Assembly (NCBI GenBank): GCA_947460235.1
Contig: CANHGK010000008.1
Coordinates: 13,453 to 77,452, forward strand
Direction of reading: 5' to 3'
DNA from: Paenibacillaceae bacterium
GTDB lineage: Bacteria; Bacillota; Bacilli; Paenibacillales; CANHGK01
Length of the DNA stretch: 64,000 bases
In this document: in pieces, positions 50,938 to 60,085 of the stretch
Position numbering within the stretch: the first letter of the stretch is position 1
Layout of the letters: each line of letters starts with the position of its first letter
Program-made: the position numbers and the translations under genes
Notes under the pieces: generated by a model
What the model saw: only the letters and a program-made list of their open reading frames with translations
Told to the model about the DNA's origin: nothing
Database searches by the model: none

Positions 50938-52130
50938 CCATTCAAACCGAAAAGGGAATGCTTTCTTACTTAAATAGCACGGTAAAAGCGATTCCTCCAT
51001 CAGGAATTCGTAAATTTTTTGACTTAGCCAGCGCAAGCAAAGATATCATATCTCTTGGCGTTGGGGAACCGGATTTTGTAACGCCTTGGAATGTTCGTCA
51101 AGCGGCGGTTGAAGGCATTGAAACTGGACGTACGAGTTACACAGGTAATGCTGGATTGCCAGAACTGCGCGAAGAAATTGCGATCTATTTGCATCGCGAA
51201 TTTGAATTACACTATGAGCCGATGAAAGAAGTCATCGTGACGATTGGCGGCAGTGAAGCGATCGATTTGGCGTTGCGTGCGCTTATCGAACATGGGGATG
51301 AAATTTTGATCCCTGAACCATGCTATATCTCATATTCACCGCTTACTCGCTTGCATGGCGGTGTGCCGGTGGGCATTGAGACATTTGCATCAGATCAATT
51401 TAAGCTGCGAGCGGATGCGCTCGAAAAGGCGATTACGCCAAAATCAAAGGTGCTTATTTTGTGCTATCCATCCAATCCGACGGGCGGGATTATGACGCGT
51501 GAAGAAATGTTGCCGATCGCACAATTGGTCGAGAAACACGATTTGATTGTCATTTCCGATGAAATTTACGCAGAACTTACGTATGGCATGAAGCATACGA
51601 GTTTTGCTTCGCTTCCGGGTATGAAAGATCGCACGATATTGGTTAGTGGATTTTCTAAAGCGTTTGCGATGACTGGTTGGCGCATGGGGTATGCGTGCGG
51701 ACATCCGGATCTGATTGCTGCGATGCTCAAAATCCATCAGTACACGGTGATGTGCGCACCGATCATGGGCCAACTTGCTTCGATCGAAGCACTTCGGCAT
51801 GGGATGGAAGAAAAAGATAAAATGCGTGAGTCCTATAATCAACGCCGTCGTTTGGTCGTAACTGGGTTCCGTCAAATCGGACTTGAATGCCATGAGCCGC
51901 ATGGTGCATTTTATGCATTTCCTTCTATTCAATCAACGGGATTGACGTCTGAGCAATTTGCATATCGCCTATTACAAGAAGGCAAAGTTGCTGCAGTTCC
52001 AGGACATGTTTTCGGTCTTGGTGGGGAAGGATTTTTGCGTTGCTCATATGCTACATCTGTTTCCAAACTAAATGAGGCCATTGAACGAATTGGTAATCTA
52101 ATTATTATGCTATCAGATGAAAAAAAATAA
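50934..52130 (+). CDS. PLP-dependent aminotransferase, class I/II
   Basis: Fold-type I aminotransferase with the PLP-lysine context SGFSKAFAMTGWR. Confidence 0.8.
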   Translation: MTIQTEKGMLSYLNSTVKAIPPSGIRKFFDLASASKDIISLGVGEPDFVTPWNVRQAAVEGIETGRTSYTGNAGLPELREEIAIYLHREFELHYEPMKEVIVTIGGSEAIDLALRALIEHGDEILIPEPCYISYSPLTRLHGGVPVGIETFASDQFKLRADALEKAITPKSKVLILCYPSNPTGGIMTREEMLPIAQLVEKHDLIVISDEIYAELTYGMKHTSFASLPGMKDRTILVSGFSKAFAMTGWRMGYACGHPDLIAAMLKIHQYTVMCAPIMGQLASIEALRHGMEEKDKMRESYNQRRRLVVTGFRQIGLECHEPHGAFYAFPSIQSTGLTSEQFAYRLLQEGKVAAVPGHVFGLGGEGFLRCSYATSVSKLNEAIERIGNLIIMLSDEKK

Positions 52131-52254
52131 AAATTTGTGTATATATTTACCAATAAAATCATATAATAATCGTTTTAAATTCCAATTAATGTGTGGTATA
52201 CTTTTTTTCACAACACCAGTAATGGGTGTATTTGGTAACGGAGGTGATGAAAGC

Positions 52255-52509
52255 ATGTTAAGTTACGCGAGATGTCAAACGGTTAACAATGAGAGTGTTG
52301 CGTGGGAAAAAGACACAGCTACATTGAATCAAAAATTGCCAATGAATTTGATCCGTAACCAGTTTATGCTCTCAAAAGAAATTGAGCATATGCGTAAAAT
52401 GATGGAACATGCTGTACTTTCTGGACTCTCTTTCACATCGCCTCAAGTTGTGACAATTAGTCAGCAATTGGATTTGAAATTAGTAGAATATATGAAAAAC
52501 AAGAAATAG
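52255..52509 (+). CDS. Spo0E-like sporulation regulatory (aspartyl-phosphate phosphatase) family protein
   Basis: 84 aa with a Spo0E-family helix pair (MLSKEIEHMRKMM...SPQVVTISQQLDLKLVEY). GGAGGTGA RBS. Confidence 0.5.
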   Translation: MLSYARCQTVNNESVAWEKDTATLNQKLPMNLIRNQFMLSKEIEHMRKMMEHAVLSGLSFTSPQVVTISQQLDLKLVEYMKNKK

Positions 52510-52518
52510 TATGTTAAG

Positions 52519-52560
52519 GCATCCGATCAGATGGTTTTCTCATTTGATCGGATTTTTTTA
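52519..52560 (+). terminator. rho-independent terminator
   Basis: ATCCGATCA...TGATCGGAT stem followed by T7. Confidence 0.5.
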
Positions 52561-52661
52561 TTTGATCACGCATCAATTGATGACTGAAATTCGTAACTAG
52601 TGCAGGAATAGAGTAAAATAAAACTATTGAAAACCGTGATGTAAAACTGGAGGTTGTACAC

Positions 52662-53243
52662 ATGAAAATTTATACAAAAACTGGAGATCAAGGCGAAACT
52701 TCAGTGATTGGGGGCCGAGTTTCCAAAGATGATTTGCGAATCGAAACGTATGGAACCATTGATGAATGTAATAGTTTTGTCGGCTTGGCGATTGCAGCAT
52801 TACGCAAAGAAGGCTCCACTGGAACATTTGATGATGTATTGCTAGATCTTGAAATTATTCAACATGAATTATTTGATTGCGGATCGGATTTAGCTTATGT
52901 GAATCCATCCGCTTCCGGCTATAAAGTAAGTGAATCAATGGTCAAATCGTTGGAAGGATCTATCGATAAATACGATGCGGAAACGCCGGATATTACGAAG
53001 TTTATTTTGCCTGGCGGAACGGAAGCGGCCTCACTGATGCATGTGTGCAGAACTGTTGTTAGACGTTCGGAGCGATTGGTTGTCACGTTGTACAAAACGA
53101 CAGAAATTAATGTGGAAGTGCTGCGTTATTTGAATCGATTATCCGATTGGTTTTTTACCGTCGCGCGTTTGGTCAATCATCGTGCCGGTGTACAGGATAT
53201 TACGTATGTTCGCAGTGCGGATGTATTCCGCAAAACAAAATGA
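52662..53243 (+). CDS. cob(I)yrinic acid a,c-diamide adenosyltransferase, PduO type
   Basis: N-terminus MKIYTKTGDQGETS...RIETYGTIDE is typical of PduO-type ATP:cobalamin adenosyltransferases. Confidence 0.8.
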   Translation: MKIYTKTGDQGETSVIGGRVSKDDLRIETYGTIDECNSFVGLAIAALRKEGSTGTFDDVLLDLEIIQHELFDCGSDLAYVNPSASGYKVSESMVKSLEGSIDKYDAETPDITKFILPGGTEAASLMHVCRTVVRRSERLVVTLYKTTEINVEVLRYLNRLSDWFFTVARLVNHRAGVQDITYVRSADVFRKTK

Positions 53244-54196
53244 CCGAGACAATGAAAACGTATCATTGGAGCGGAACCGTTGCTGCGGACGACGCAAATT
53301 GTTCGATTCATTCATGGCTACGTGAACGGATGGGTTTCACAAGGCGTTTTCTTAGGCGAGTAAAAGTGACTGGCATATTACTTCGAAATGGGAATCGAGA
53401 TTACTGGAATTTACTTGTTGCTGCCGGAGATTACATCGAGTTGGAATGGAAAGAGCAATTGGCAGATATCCAATTAAACCATGACCGACGCGGTAATCAT
53501 TCTGATCTAATCCTTGATATCATTGCTCAGGACGATGATTTATGTGTCGTGAACAAGCCATCAGGTATGCTTGTTCATCCGGTCAAAAGTGAACGAATCA
53601 ATACGGCATTAGATATTTTGCAACGCGAACAACCGACGATTTCGTTTCGACCGGTGAATCGTATCGACCGTGAAACGAGCGGAATCGTTTTATTTTCCAA
53701 ACATGTACTTGCGCATCAAAAATTATCAGAGCAATTCGTTGAACGTTCTGCTTCCAAAGTGTATTTGGCTTGGGTTTGCGGCGAGGTTCCTTGCGAGTCG
53801 GTGTTGAATGAATTGCCAATTGTCAAAGATCATGATCACGCGGTGCGTAGATTTGTATGTCGGGGTGAAGTTATTCCTGAAGAAGCACAACAGGCATCGA
53901 CGATGATTCGCGGGATTCGATCCATCGAGTTGCCGAACGTGGGAATCATTAGTCTAGTTGAAGCAAAACCACTCACGGGGCGAACGCATCAAATTCGGGT
54001 TCATTTGTCGGCAATGGGTACACCGATTTTGGGGGATGTACTTTATGGCGGAATGATCATTCCCAACATTGCTGAGCGAATTCTATTGCACGCAAGCGAA
54101 CTAAGGGTCTTGCATCCACTAACGAAACAAGAACGTTGTTGGCATGCAGAATTACCAGATGATATGAATTTGTTCATGAAATTAACGATTGATTGA
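53240..54196 (+). CDS. RluA-family pseudouridine synthase
   Basis: Catalytic HRIDRETSG-type motif (VNRIDRETSGIVLF), VNKPSGMLVHP, and an N-terminal S4-like region. ATGA overlap with the upstream gene. Confidence 0.8.
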   Translation: MTETMKTYHWSGTVAADDANCSIHSWLRERMGFTRRFLRRVKVTGILLRNGNRDYWNLLVAAGDYIELEWKEQLADIQLNHDRRGNHSDLILDIIAQDDDLCVVNKPSGMLVHPVKSERINTALDILQREQPTISFRPVNRIDRETSGIVLFSKHVLAHQKLSEQFVERSASKVYLAWVCGEVPCESVLNELPIVKDHDHAVRRFVCRGEVIPEEAQQASTMIRGIRSIELPNVGIISLVEAKPLTGRTHQIRVHLSAMGTPILGDVLYGGMIIPNIAERILLHASELRVLHPLTKQERCWHAELPDDMNLFMKLTID

Positions 54197-54215
54197 AGGT
54201 AAAGGAGCGGTTAGA

Positions 54216-54584
54216 ATGTCGGTTGTTATATATTCCTATGATAAATGCGGTACATGCCGTAATGCATTAAAATGGTTGAAGCAATCAGGTGTCGCGTGCG
54301 AGGTCGTACCAATCGTTGATCGACCGCCTACGGAAGCACAGCTCCAAGAGATGATTGCAAATAGCGGCAAGCCCTTATCGAAATGGTTTAATACATCTGG
54401 AGAAGTGTATCGCCAACTGTCGCTAAAAGATAAATTGCCATCGATGACTCCGGAAGAACAAATCCGATTGCTTGCAAGCAATGGTAAATTGTTGAAACGT
54501 CCAATTGTCAGCGATGGTCAACAGGTAACCGTCGGATTCAACGAGGCTGAGTTTGGAGATACGTGGACGGTGCATCATGTCTAA
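54216..54584 (+). CDS. ArsC/Spx-family protein (YffB-like)
   Basis: N-terminal CGTC redox motif in a thioredoxin-like ArsC fold. AAGGAG RBS. Confidence 0.6.
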   Translation: MSVVIYSYDKCGTCRNALKWLKQSGVACEVVPIVDRPPTEAQLQEMIANSGKPLSKWFNTSGEVYRQLSLKDKLPSMTPEEQIRLLASNGKLLKRPIVSDGQQVTVGFNEAEFGDTWTVHHV

Positions 54585-55635
54585 ACCGAATAAAGGTTCA
54601 TTTCGATGGCTGCTGGCAACGACCGGAATATTTATTGCAACGAAATTGAAATGGGTAATCGGTCTCATTAAGTTAAGTAAGTTTGGTGGCACGTTAATTA
54701 GTATGATCATTTCGGTTGGCGCATATGCCCTTGCGTCACCACTTGAATTCGCGATCGGATTCGTGTTACTCATTTTTATTCATGAACTGGGTCATGTCAT
54801 TGCGGCAAAACAAAAAGGTGTTCCGGCGTCAGCGCCACTCTTTATTCCGTTTCTCGGAGCATTAATTACGATGAAGAAAAATCCGCGTGACGCGGTTACG
54901 GAAGCATATATTGCGTTTGGTGGCCCGTTAATTGGCTCAATCGGAGCGTGGATTGTTGGATGGCTCGGAATTGTAATGAAAAATGATTTGCTGCTGCATT
55001 TGGCATATACAGGTGTGTTTATTAATTTAATTAACTTATTGCCGATTCATCCACTAGATGGTGGTCGAATTTCTGTCGCAGTGACTCGCTGGCTATGGCT
55101 CGTTGGTTTGGTCGGCGGATTGTGGATTATTCTACAAATGCAAGCGTGGTTCTTTCTGTTTATTTGGGCATTGTTTGCCTATGAGTTATACCAAAAATTC
55201 GTTAAATTCCGTAACCGCCGCAAACCGATGGAAGTGAATACATCCATCCGCGTAATGTTGGATCCAGAGCGGTCATTTTGGATTCCAGGGGAAGAGCATC
55301 GTGCGCAATTGCAAATTCGTACGTATACAACTTTGGAAGGCGAACAAAAAATTGAGTTGGAGTGGCCGATCGTTGGTATGCAGGAAACATTGCATTTGAA
55401 CTATGCGATTTTGGTGGATGCAATTGAAGTATATGGTGTAAAGAAGATATTGGATGCGGAAGGTCATGTGGTCGCGGCGGACGTGAAGGTCGTCATTCGT
55501 GGGCGCCAGTATGAAGCGGAAGATTATTACGATGTACCGCTCAACGTGCGATTAAGTTATGGAGCGGCATATCTTGGTTTGGCCGGCGCACTTGGATGGA
55601 GTCTGTATTATATCGGCATCATCACGGTGGCGTGA
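54577..55635 (+). CDS. site-2 protease family (M50) zinc metalloprotease
   Basis: HExxH in a TM helix (IHELGHVIAA) and multiple TM segments. Overlaps the upstream stop. Confidence 0.65.
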   Translation: MSKPNKGSFRWLLATTGIFIATKLKWVIGLIKLSKFGGTLISMIISVGAYALASPLEFAIGFVLLIFIHELGHVIAAKQKGVPASAPLFIPFLGALITMKKNPRDAVTEAYIAFGGPLIGSIGAWIVGWLGIVMKNDLLLHLAYTGVFINLINLLPIHPLDGGRISVAVTRWLWLVGLVGGLWIILQMQAWFFLFIWALFAYELYQKFVKFRNRRKPMEVNTSIRVMLDPERSFWIPGEEHRAQLQIRTYTTLEGEQKIELEWPIVGMQETLHLNYAILVDAIEVYGVKKILDAEGHVVAADVKVVIRGRQYEAEDYYDVPLNVRLSYGAAYLGLAGALGWSLYYIGIITVA

Positions 55636-55663
55636 TTTTTTATAATGTAAGGGGATCAAAGCG

Positions 55664-56884
55664 ATGGAACAGCTTCGAAACTTGAAAAAAACGTCGTCCA
55701 GTCGCGTTCAGCAACTGGGCGCGTCTATTTTTGCACGACTTGCAGCGAGTAAGTCACACCGAATTGCATCTGGAAAACGGACGATCGATCTTAGCATTGG
55801 TAGTCCTGATTTGCCTCCGACGGCGAAACTCATTGATGAGATGGCGAGCGCATTACATAACGAAGATGCTTTTACATATCCATCTTCCAAAGGGACGAGC
55901 TATTTTCGTGAAACCGCAGCAAAGTGGATGTTCGCGCGTTTTGGTGTTGAAGTTGATGCGGATCAAGAACTTATTTCGTTAATTGGTACACAAGATGGGC
56001 TTGCGCATATCTCGCTAGCAATCGGTGATTCTGGCGATATCGCACTCGTGCCGGATCCAGGATATCCAATTCATCATGCAGGACCAATGCTCGCGGGCAT
56101 GGAAGTATACCGGATGCCGCTACATGCAGCGAATGGATATTTGCCTGATCTTGATGCAATTCCTACAGATATTATCGAAAAAACGGTCATGCTATTGCTT
56201 AGTTATCCGAGTAATCCAACTACTGCAGTTGCAACAGTCGATGATATGGCAAAATGGGTCGACTTTTGCCGGGCACATGGAATTTTGCTCATTCACGATT
56301 TGGCGTATTCCGAAATGGCGTTCGATGGGTTCGATCCACCAAGTGTGCTCTCCATTCCAGGTGCAAAAGAAATCGCGATTGAATTTCATTCACTCTCTAA
56401 AAGTTTTAATCTTGCTGGTTCACGGATTGGATTCGTTGTTGGTCAGCGCGATGTAATTAGTAGTTTGCGTTCGCTCAAAGAAAATATTGATTATGGCGTG
56501 TTTCATGCCGTTCAACAAACTGGCGTTGTCGCGTTGGAGACGGATATCGAACGAATTTTACAAAAGAAAAGTCCGATTGCAGCTTCGATATATAAACCGC
56601 GTAGAGATCTTTTGATTCACATCCTTCGTGAAATGGGTTGGAATATCGAGATGCCGCGTGCCACGATGTTTGTGTGGGCACCGATTCCAGTTGGTATCGA
56701 TTCAGAGACATTTGCGGAACGATTACTTTCAAGCACAGGTGTCGTTGTTGTGCCCGGCCGAGCGTTCGGTGAACATGGGGAAGGTTTTGTGCGCATCGCA
56801 CTTGTACAAGCAGTCGAAGTAATTCGCGAAGCGGCACAGTTAATGGGACAATTTTGGCAGGAAGAAGGTTGGAAAAATAAATGA
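55664..56884 (+). CDS. class I/II aminotransferase (DapL/LL-diaminopimelate aminotransferase-like)
   Basis: Fold-type I PLP enzyme with lysine context SLSKSFNLAGSRIGF. Confidence 0.7.
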   Translation: MEQLRNLKKTSSSRVQQLGASIFARLAASKSHRIASGKRTIDLSIGSPDLPPTAKLIDEMASALHNEDAFTYPSSKGTSYFRETAAKWMFARFGVEVDADQELISLIGTQDGLAHISLAIGDSGDIALVPDPGYPIHHAGPMLAGMEVYRMPLHAANGYLPDLDAIPTDIIEKTVMLLLSYPSNPTTAVATVDDMAKWVDFCRAHGILLIHDLAYSEMAFDGFDPPSVLSIPGAKEIAIEFHSLSKSFNLAGSRIGFVVGQRDVISSLRSLKENIDYGVFHAVQQTGVVALETDIERILQKKSPIAASIYKPRRDLLIHILREMGWNIEMPRATMFVWAPIPVGIDSETFAERLLSSTGVVVVPGRAFGEHGEGFVRIALVQAVEVIREAAQLMGQFWQEEGWKNK

Positions 56885-57795
56885 AAACAGATCAACAAAC
56901 AAACACAGGGTACGATGTGATGATCGTCGATAGTTTTGCTTTATTATTTCGCGGGTATTTTGCCAGCGCAGCCATGCGCACACCGGAACCGAACCGTTTA
57001 GGTCAATATACAAACGGGCTTCAACAATTTTTGCGATACTTATTGGATGCGATGACGACGTTTTCGCCGAAACATATTTGCTGTGCCTTTGACGCTGGTT
57101 CCAAAACATTCCGAAATGAAATGTACGACGGTTATAAGTCGAACCGTCCCGAACCACCGGAAGCATTACGCCCACAATTCGAAGGACTGTGGGAATTGAC
57201 GCGCGGGATGGGCTTGCCAAGTTATCGGATGACCGATTATGAAGCAGACGACCTCATCGGGTCGATCGCGGCAAAAGCATCTGCACAAGGGCTGCGTACT
57301 GCAATTTTGACGGGGGATGGCGATTCCTTGCAATTAATTGACGCAAACACGGACGTTATTCTCATGAAAAAAGGCTTTAGTCAATATGCCGTCGTAAACG
57401 AAACCGGACTACAAGAATACAAAGGAGTTCGTCGTCCTGGTCAAATTGTCGATTTGAAAGCGCTAATGGGTGACGCGAGTGATATGATTCCCGGTTGCCC
57501 AAAAATAGGGGAGAAAACGGCATTATTACTATTAAATCAGTTTGATAACATTGACCAACTGTATGCGCGCATCGAAGAAGTACCAGCGAGATGGCAGTCA
57601 TTACTGCGTGAACATCAGGATAAAGTGTTGATGTCATATTCACTCGCATCAATTTGCACAACGATTGATGTGGAGATGGAATCGGCATTACATGAACCGT
57701 GGTCACCTAACCGAGAACAATTGCAGGAGACCTTTGAACAGTGGGCAATGGAAAAAGCGGCACCTGCTTGGGGAAAATGGTTGGACCGAGAATGA
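56881..57795 (+). CDS. 5'-3' exonuclease (YpcP-like, PIN/FEN domain)
   Basis: Collinear with the Pol I 5'-nuclease domain (acidic clusters DAGSKTFRNE, GYEADD, H3TH). ATGA overlap with the upstream gene. Confidence 0.75.
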   Translation: MKTDQQTNTGYDVMIVDSFALLFRGYFASAAMRTPEPNRLGQYTNGLQQFLRYLLDAMTTFSPKHICCAFDAGSKTFRNEMYDGYKSNRPEPPEALRPQFEGLWELTRGMGLPSYRMTDYEADDLIGSIAAKASAQGLRTAILTGDGDSLQLIDANTDVILMKKGFSQYAVVNETGLQEYKGVRRPGQIVDLKALMGDASDMIPGCPKIGEKTALLLLNQFDNIDQLYARIEEVPARWQSLLREHQDKVLMSYSLASICTTIDVEMESALHEPWSPNREQLQETFEQWAMEKAAPAWGKWLDRE

Positions 57796-57805
57796 AACAA
57801 AAAAG

Positions 57806-57862
57806 CGGTTTTATCGGGATGCACTGATTTCAAAGTGCACTCCGATAAAACCGCTTTAATTT
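57806..57862. terminator. bidirectional terminator
   Basis: AAAGCGGTTTTATCGG...CCGATAAAACCGCTTT. Confidence 0.55.
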
Positions 57863-58152
57863 TAATGGTCACTAAACGTAATCATGCCTACGATTTGAAC
57901 GAGGAAGTTAGAAAGTTCTTCAGCTTCTTCATCATTCAAATTGTAAGCGAAGCCAATATAACCCTCTTCATCAATGTCGTCCGGACCGATAATTGCGGTG
58001 CGACCGGATTGAATATCCATAATCAATTTTTTTCCGAAAAATCGATCCGTGGTGGTGATTGCCAAGTCAAAGCGGCGAGTCTGTCCAACGAAACATACAA
58101 AACGGGTCGACGTTTGTTCGGTGTGGTCGTATAGATAATCGAAAGGGGACAT
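57862..58152 (-). CDS. DUF1292/UPF0473-like small acidic protein
   Basis: 96 aa with an acidic DEEGYIGFAYNLNDEEAEEL segment. Confidence 0.4.
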   Translation of the reverse strand: MSPFDYLYDHTEQTSTRFVCFVGQTRRFDLAITTTDRFFGKKLIMDIQSGRTAIIGPDDIDEEGYIGFAYNLNDEEAEELSNFLVQIVGMITFSDH

Positions 58153-58164
58153 ACTTGCTCCTTT

Positions 58165-58740
58165 TCACTCTAAAATAATATCTTTGTTCATAATTTGTTT
58201 GTACAGAATGTAGCTTTTAAGATTGTGTAGATTTTCTTTGGATACGATTAAGAATTCGCAACCATAACGTTTGCTTCCTTCAGCACCAACTTCGTTAACA
58301 ATTTTGATTTGCGCGACAAGCGGCAAGTCCATGTTAATCAGCGTATAGTGGCGGTCGGTTTGAACCGAGTTTTCATTAGTAGCAGAAAAACCAGCACCTT
58401 TGTGACTAATATCACTAAGTGAAATTTGAATATGCGATCCGGTTTTGTCGTCTTCAAGATTATCGATAAGATACGCTTTCATACCAGTTTTGATGCGCGG
58501 ATATTTACGTCGAACATCATTCAAGTCCACAAGTGCAAGTGGAATGAACAAATAAACGTTGTTTTGATGAACGTTAATCGCTCGCACGATGAATTCTTTG
58601 CCGCCATATGCGCAAGTCACATATTGTCCTACGCGTAATCTAGATGCGTCTGGAAGCGCAATTTTCATTAATTCTCCGTGATATAGAACGACTTCACCTT
58701 CAAGGATCTCGTCTCCGATTGTAATTTTTACCGTGTCCAT
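58165..58740 (-). CDS. YcgR/DgrA(YpfA)-like PilZ protein (PilZN + PilZ)
   Basis: C-terminal PilZ with an RxxxxR block (RRKYPRIK) and DISHKGAGF. Two-domain layout about 190 aa. GGAGG RBS before ATG 58740. Lies 25 nt downstream of corA on the same strand. Confidence 0.6.
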   Translation of the reverse strand: MDTVKITIGDEILEGEVVLYHGELMKIALPDASRLRVGQYVTCAYGGKEFIVRAINVHQNNVYLFIPLALVDLNDVRRKYPRIKTGMKAYLIDNLEDDKTGSHIQISLSDISHKGAGFSATNENSVQTDRHYTLINMDLPLVAQIKIVNEVGAEGSKRYGCEFLIVSKENLHNLKSYILYKQIMNKDIILE

Positions 58741-58852
58741 GGAACGGCCTCCTCTAAACAGTGCTGAGCCTGCATATGATTGCTTCGATTGCGAAATAGG
58801 ATAGACAAAAAAATCCATACCTTCCACAGTTACTGTATACTATTCTACAACG

Positions 58853-59788
58853 TTAGAGCCATTCCTTCTTCCGGAAAATAAAAATCATCGTCGTTGCCAT
58901 CAAAATAAAAAAGCCAATGACCATAAAGTAGCCATATTTCCAATCGAGCTCAGGCATGACTTTGAAGTTCATTCCATATAATCCGGTAATTACGGTCATT
59001 GGCATGAAGATGGTCGTCAGTGCGGTAAATGTTCTCATGACTTCGTTGGCGCGGTTTGCAAGGTTCAATTGATATGCCTCGCGTAAGTTGCCTACGAGAT
59101 CGCGAAACGTCTCGAATGTCTCCGTAATTTTGATCATATTTTCGTGGATATCGCTGAAATACTTCTGTAGTTTCTCATCAATGAGTCGCAAGTTTCGGTT
59201 TTTGAGCGCCGCGATCAAGTCACGCTGTGGGCCGAGGACTTTCTTGAGCCAAAGAATTTCACTGCGTAACCCCATGATTTCATTCAAATGAGACTTTTTA
59301 TTGTGAATCAGAATGTCTTCATCTAATATTTCAATTTTCGTCTCAATCTTGTCGATAACGGTAAAATAGTTGTCAACGACTAAGTCGATCATATGATAAA
59401 CAAACCAGTCCGGTGAGTCGACGGATTCCTGCAAAAGAATCGGTTTGACTGCGCGAATTTCATTTAATTTTTGCTTCGTAACGGTAATTACAAAATACTC
59501 ACCTAAGAAAATATTCAATTCGCGGATGAAAATTTCTTCGTCATCGTAGCGGATACTGTTTACGACGATATAGTAGAGTTGTTCATGCACTTCAATTTTC
59601 GGACGTTGTTCCTCGTCCGCCATAATATCCTCGATGACAAGGTCGTCAATGTTGAAAAGTTTCTGTAATAACAGCAAATCGTCGGTGTCGGCATCAATCC
59701 AATAAAAGCCGCTTTCCGGATGTCGGGTTGCCTCGACGACACTGTCGAGGATCTCGAAAACTCCGTTTTGCACCAAACGGATCTTCAT
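58853..59788 (-). CDS. corA: magnesium/cobalt transporter CorA
   Basis: GMNF signature (YGMNFKVMPEL) followed by two C-terminal TM helices. Confidence 0.85.
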   Translation of the reverse strand: MKIRLVQNGVFEILDSVVEATRHPESGFYWIDADTDDLLLLQKLFNIDDLVIEDIMADEEQRPKIEVHEQLYYIVVNSIRYDDEEIFIRELNIFLGEYFVITVTKQKLNEIRAVKPILLQESVDSPDWFVYHMIDLVVDNYFTVIDKIETKIEILDEDILIHNKKSHLNEIMGLRSEILWLKKVLGPQRDLIAALKNRNLRLIDEKLQKYFSDIHENMIKITETFETFRDLVGNLREAYQLNLANRANEVMRTFTALTTIFMPMTVITGLYGMNFKVMPELDWKYGYFMVIGFFILMATTMIFIFRKKEWL

Positions 59789-60085
59789 GGGGAATCACTC
59801 CTAACGGACGTAACTACACCCTACACGGTAATGGCAAGGGCAGTCCGGCCAATATGATGTTTGAAAAAAGTACAATTGTCCCAGGGCCTCGGTCGTTCTC
59901 CGTCCATGCCATTTCACTCCTTTATTTCCCGAAATGTCCGCATCCTTTCCAACTATACTCCTCAAAACTAATGCTTTCAAGCGTAAGTTTCCTTGATTAA
60001 AATGCGCTCCTTGACCTGTCAACTCATATGTTATACATTCATCTTTAGACTGCTTTTAATGGTGACAATTGTAGGAGGGTTGGGT

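Noticed and set aside
59801-60022. 73-aa minus-strand ORF in the corA/metA intergenic leader
   Set aside because: No RBS, Cys/Gly-rich odd composition, and it lies wholly in a promoter/leader region. Judged spurious.
59789-60085. S-box (SAM-I) riboswitch upstream of metA-metI, or M-box upstream of corA
   Set aside because: No GGUGGAGGGA ... CCCGGCAACC core or M-box signature on either strand. Left as an unexplained long leader in the findings.
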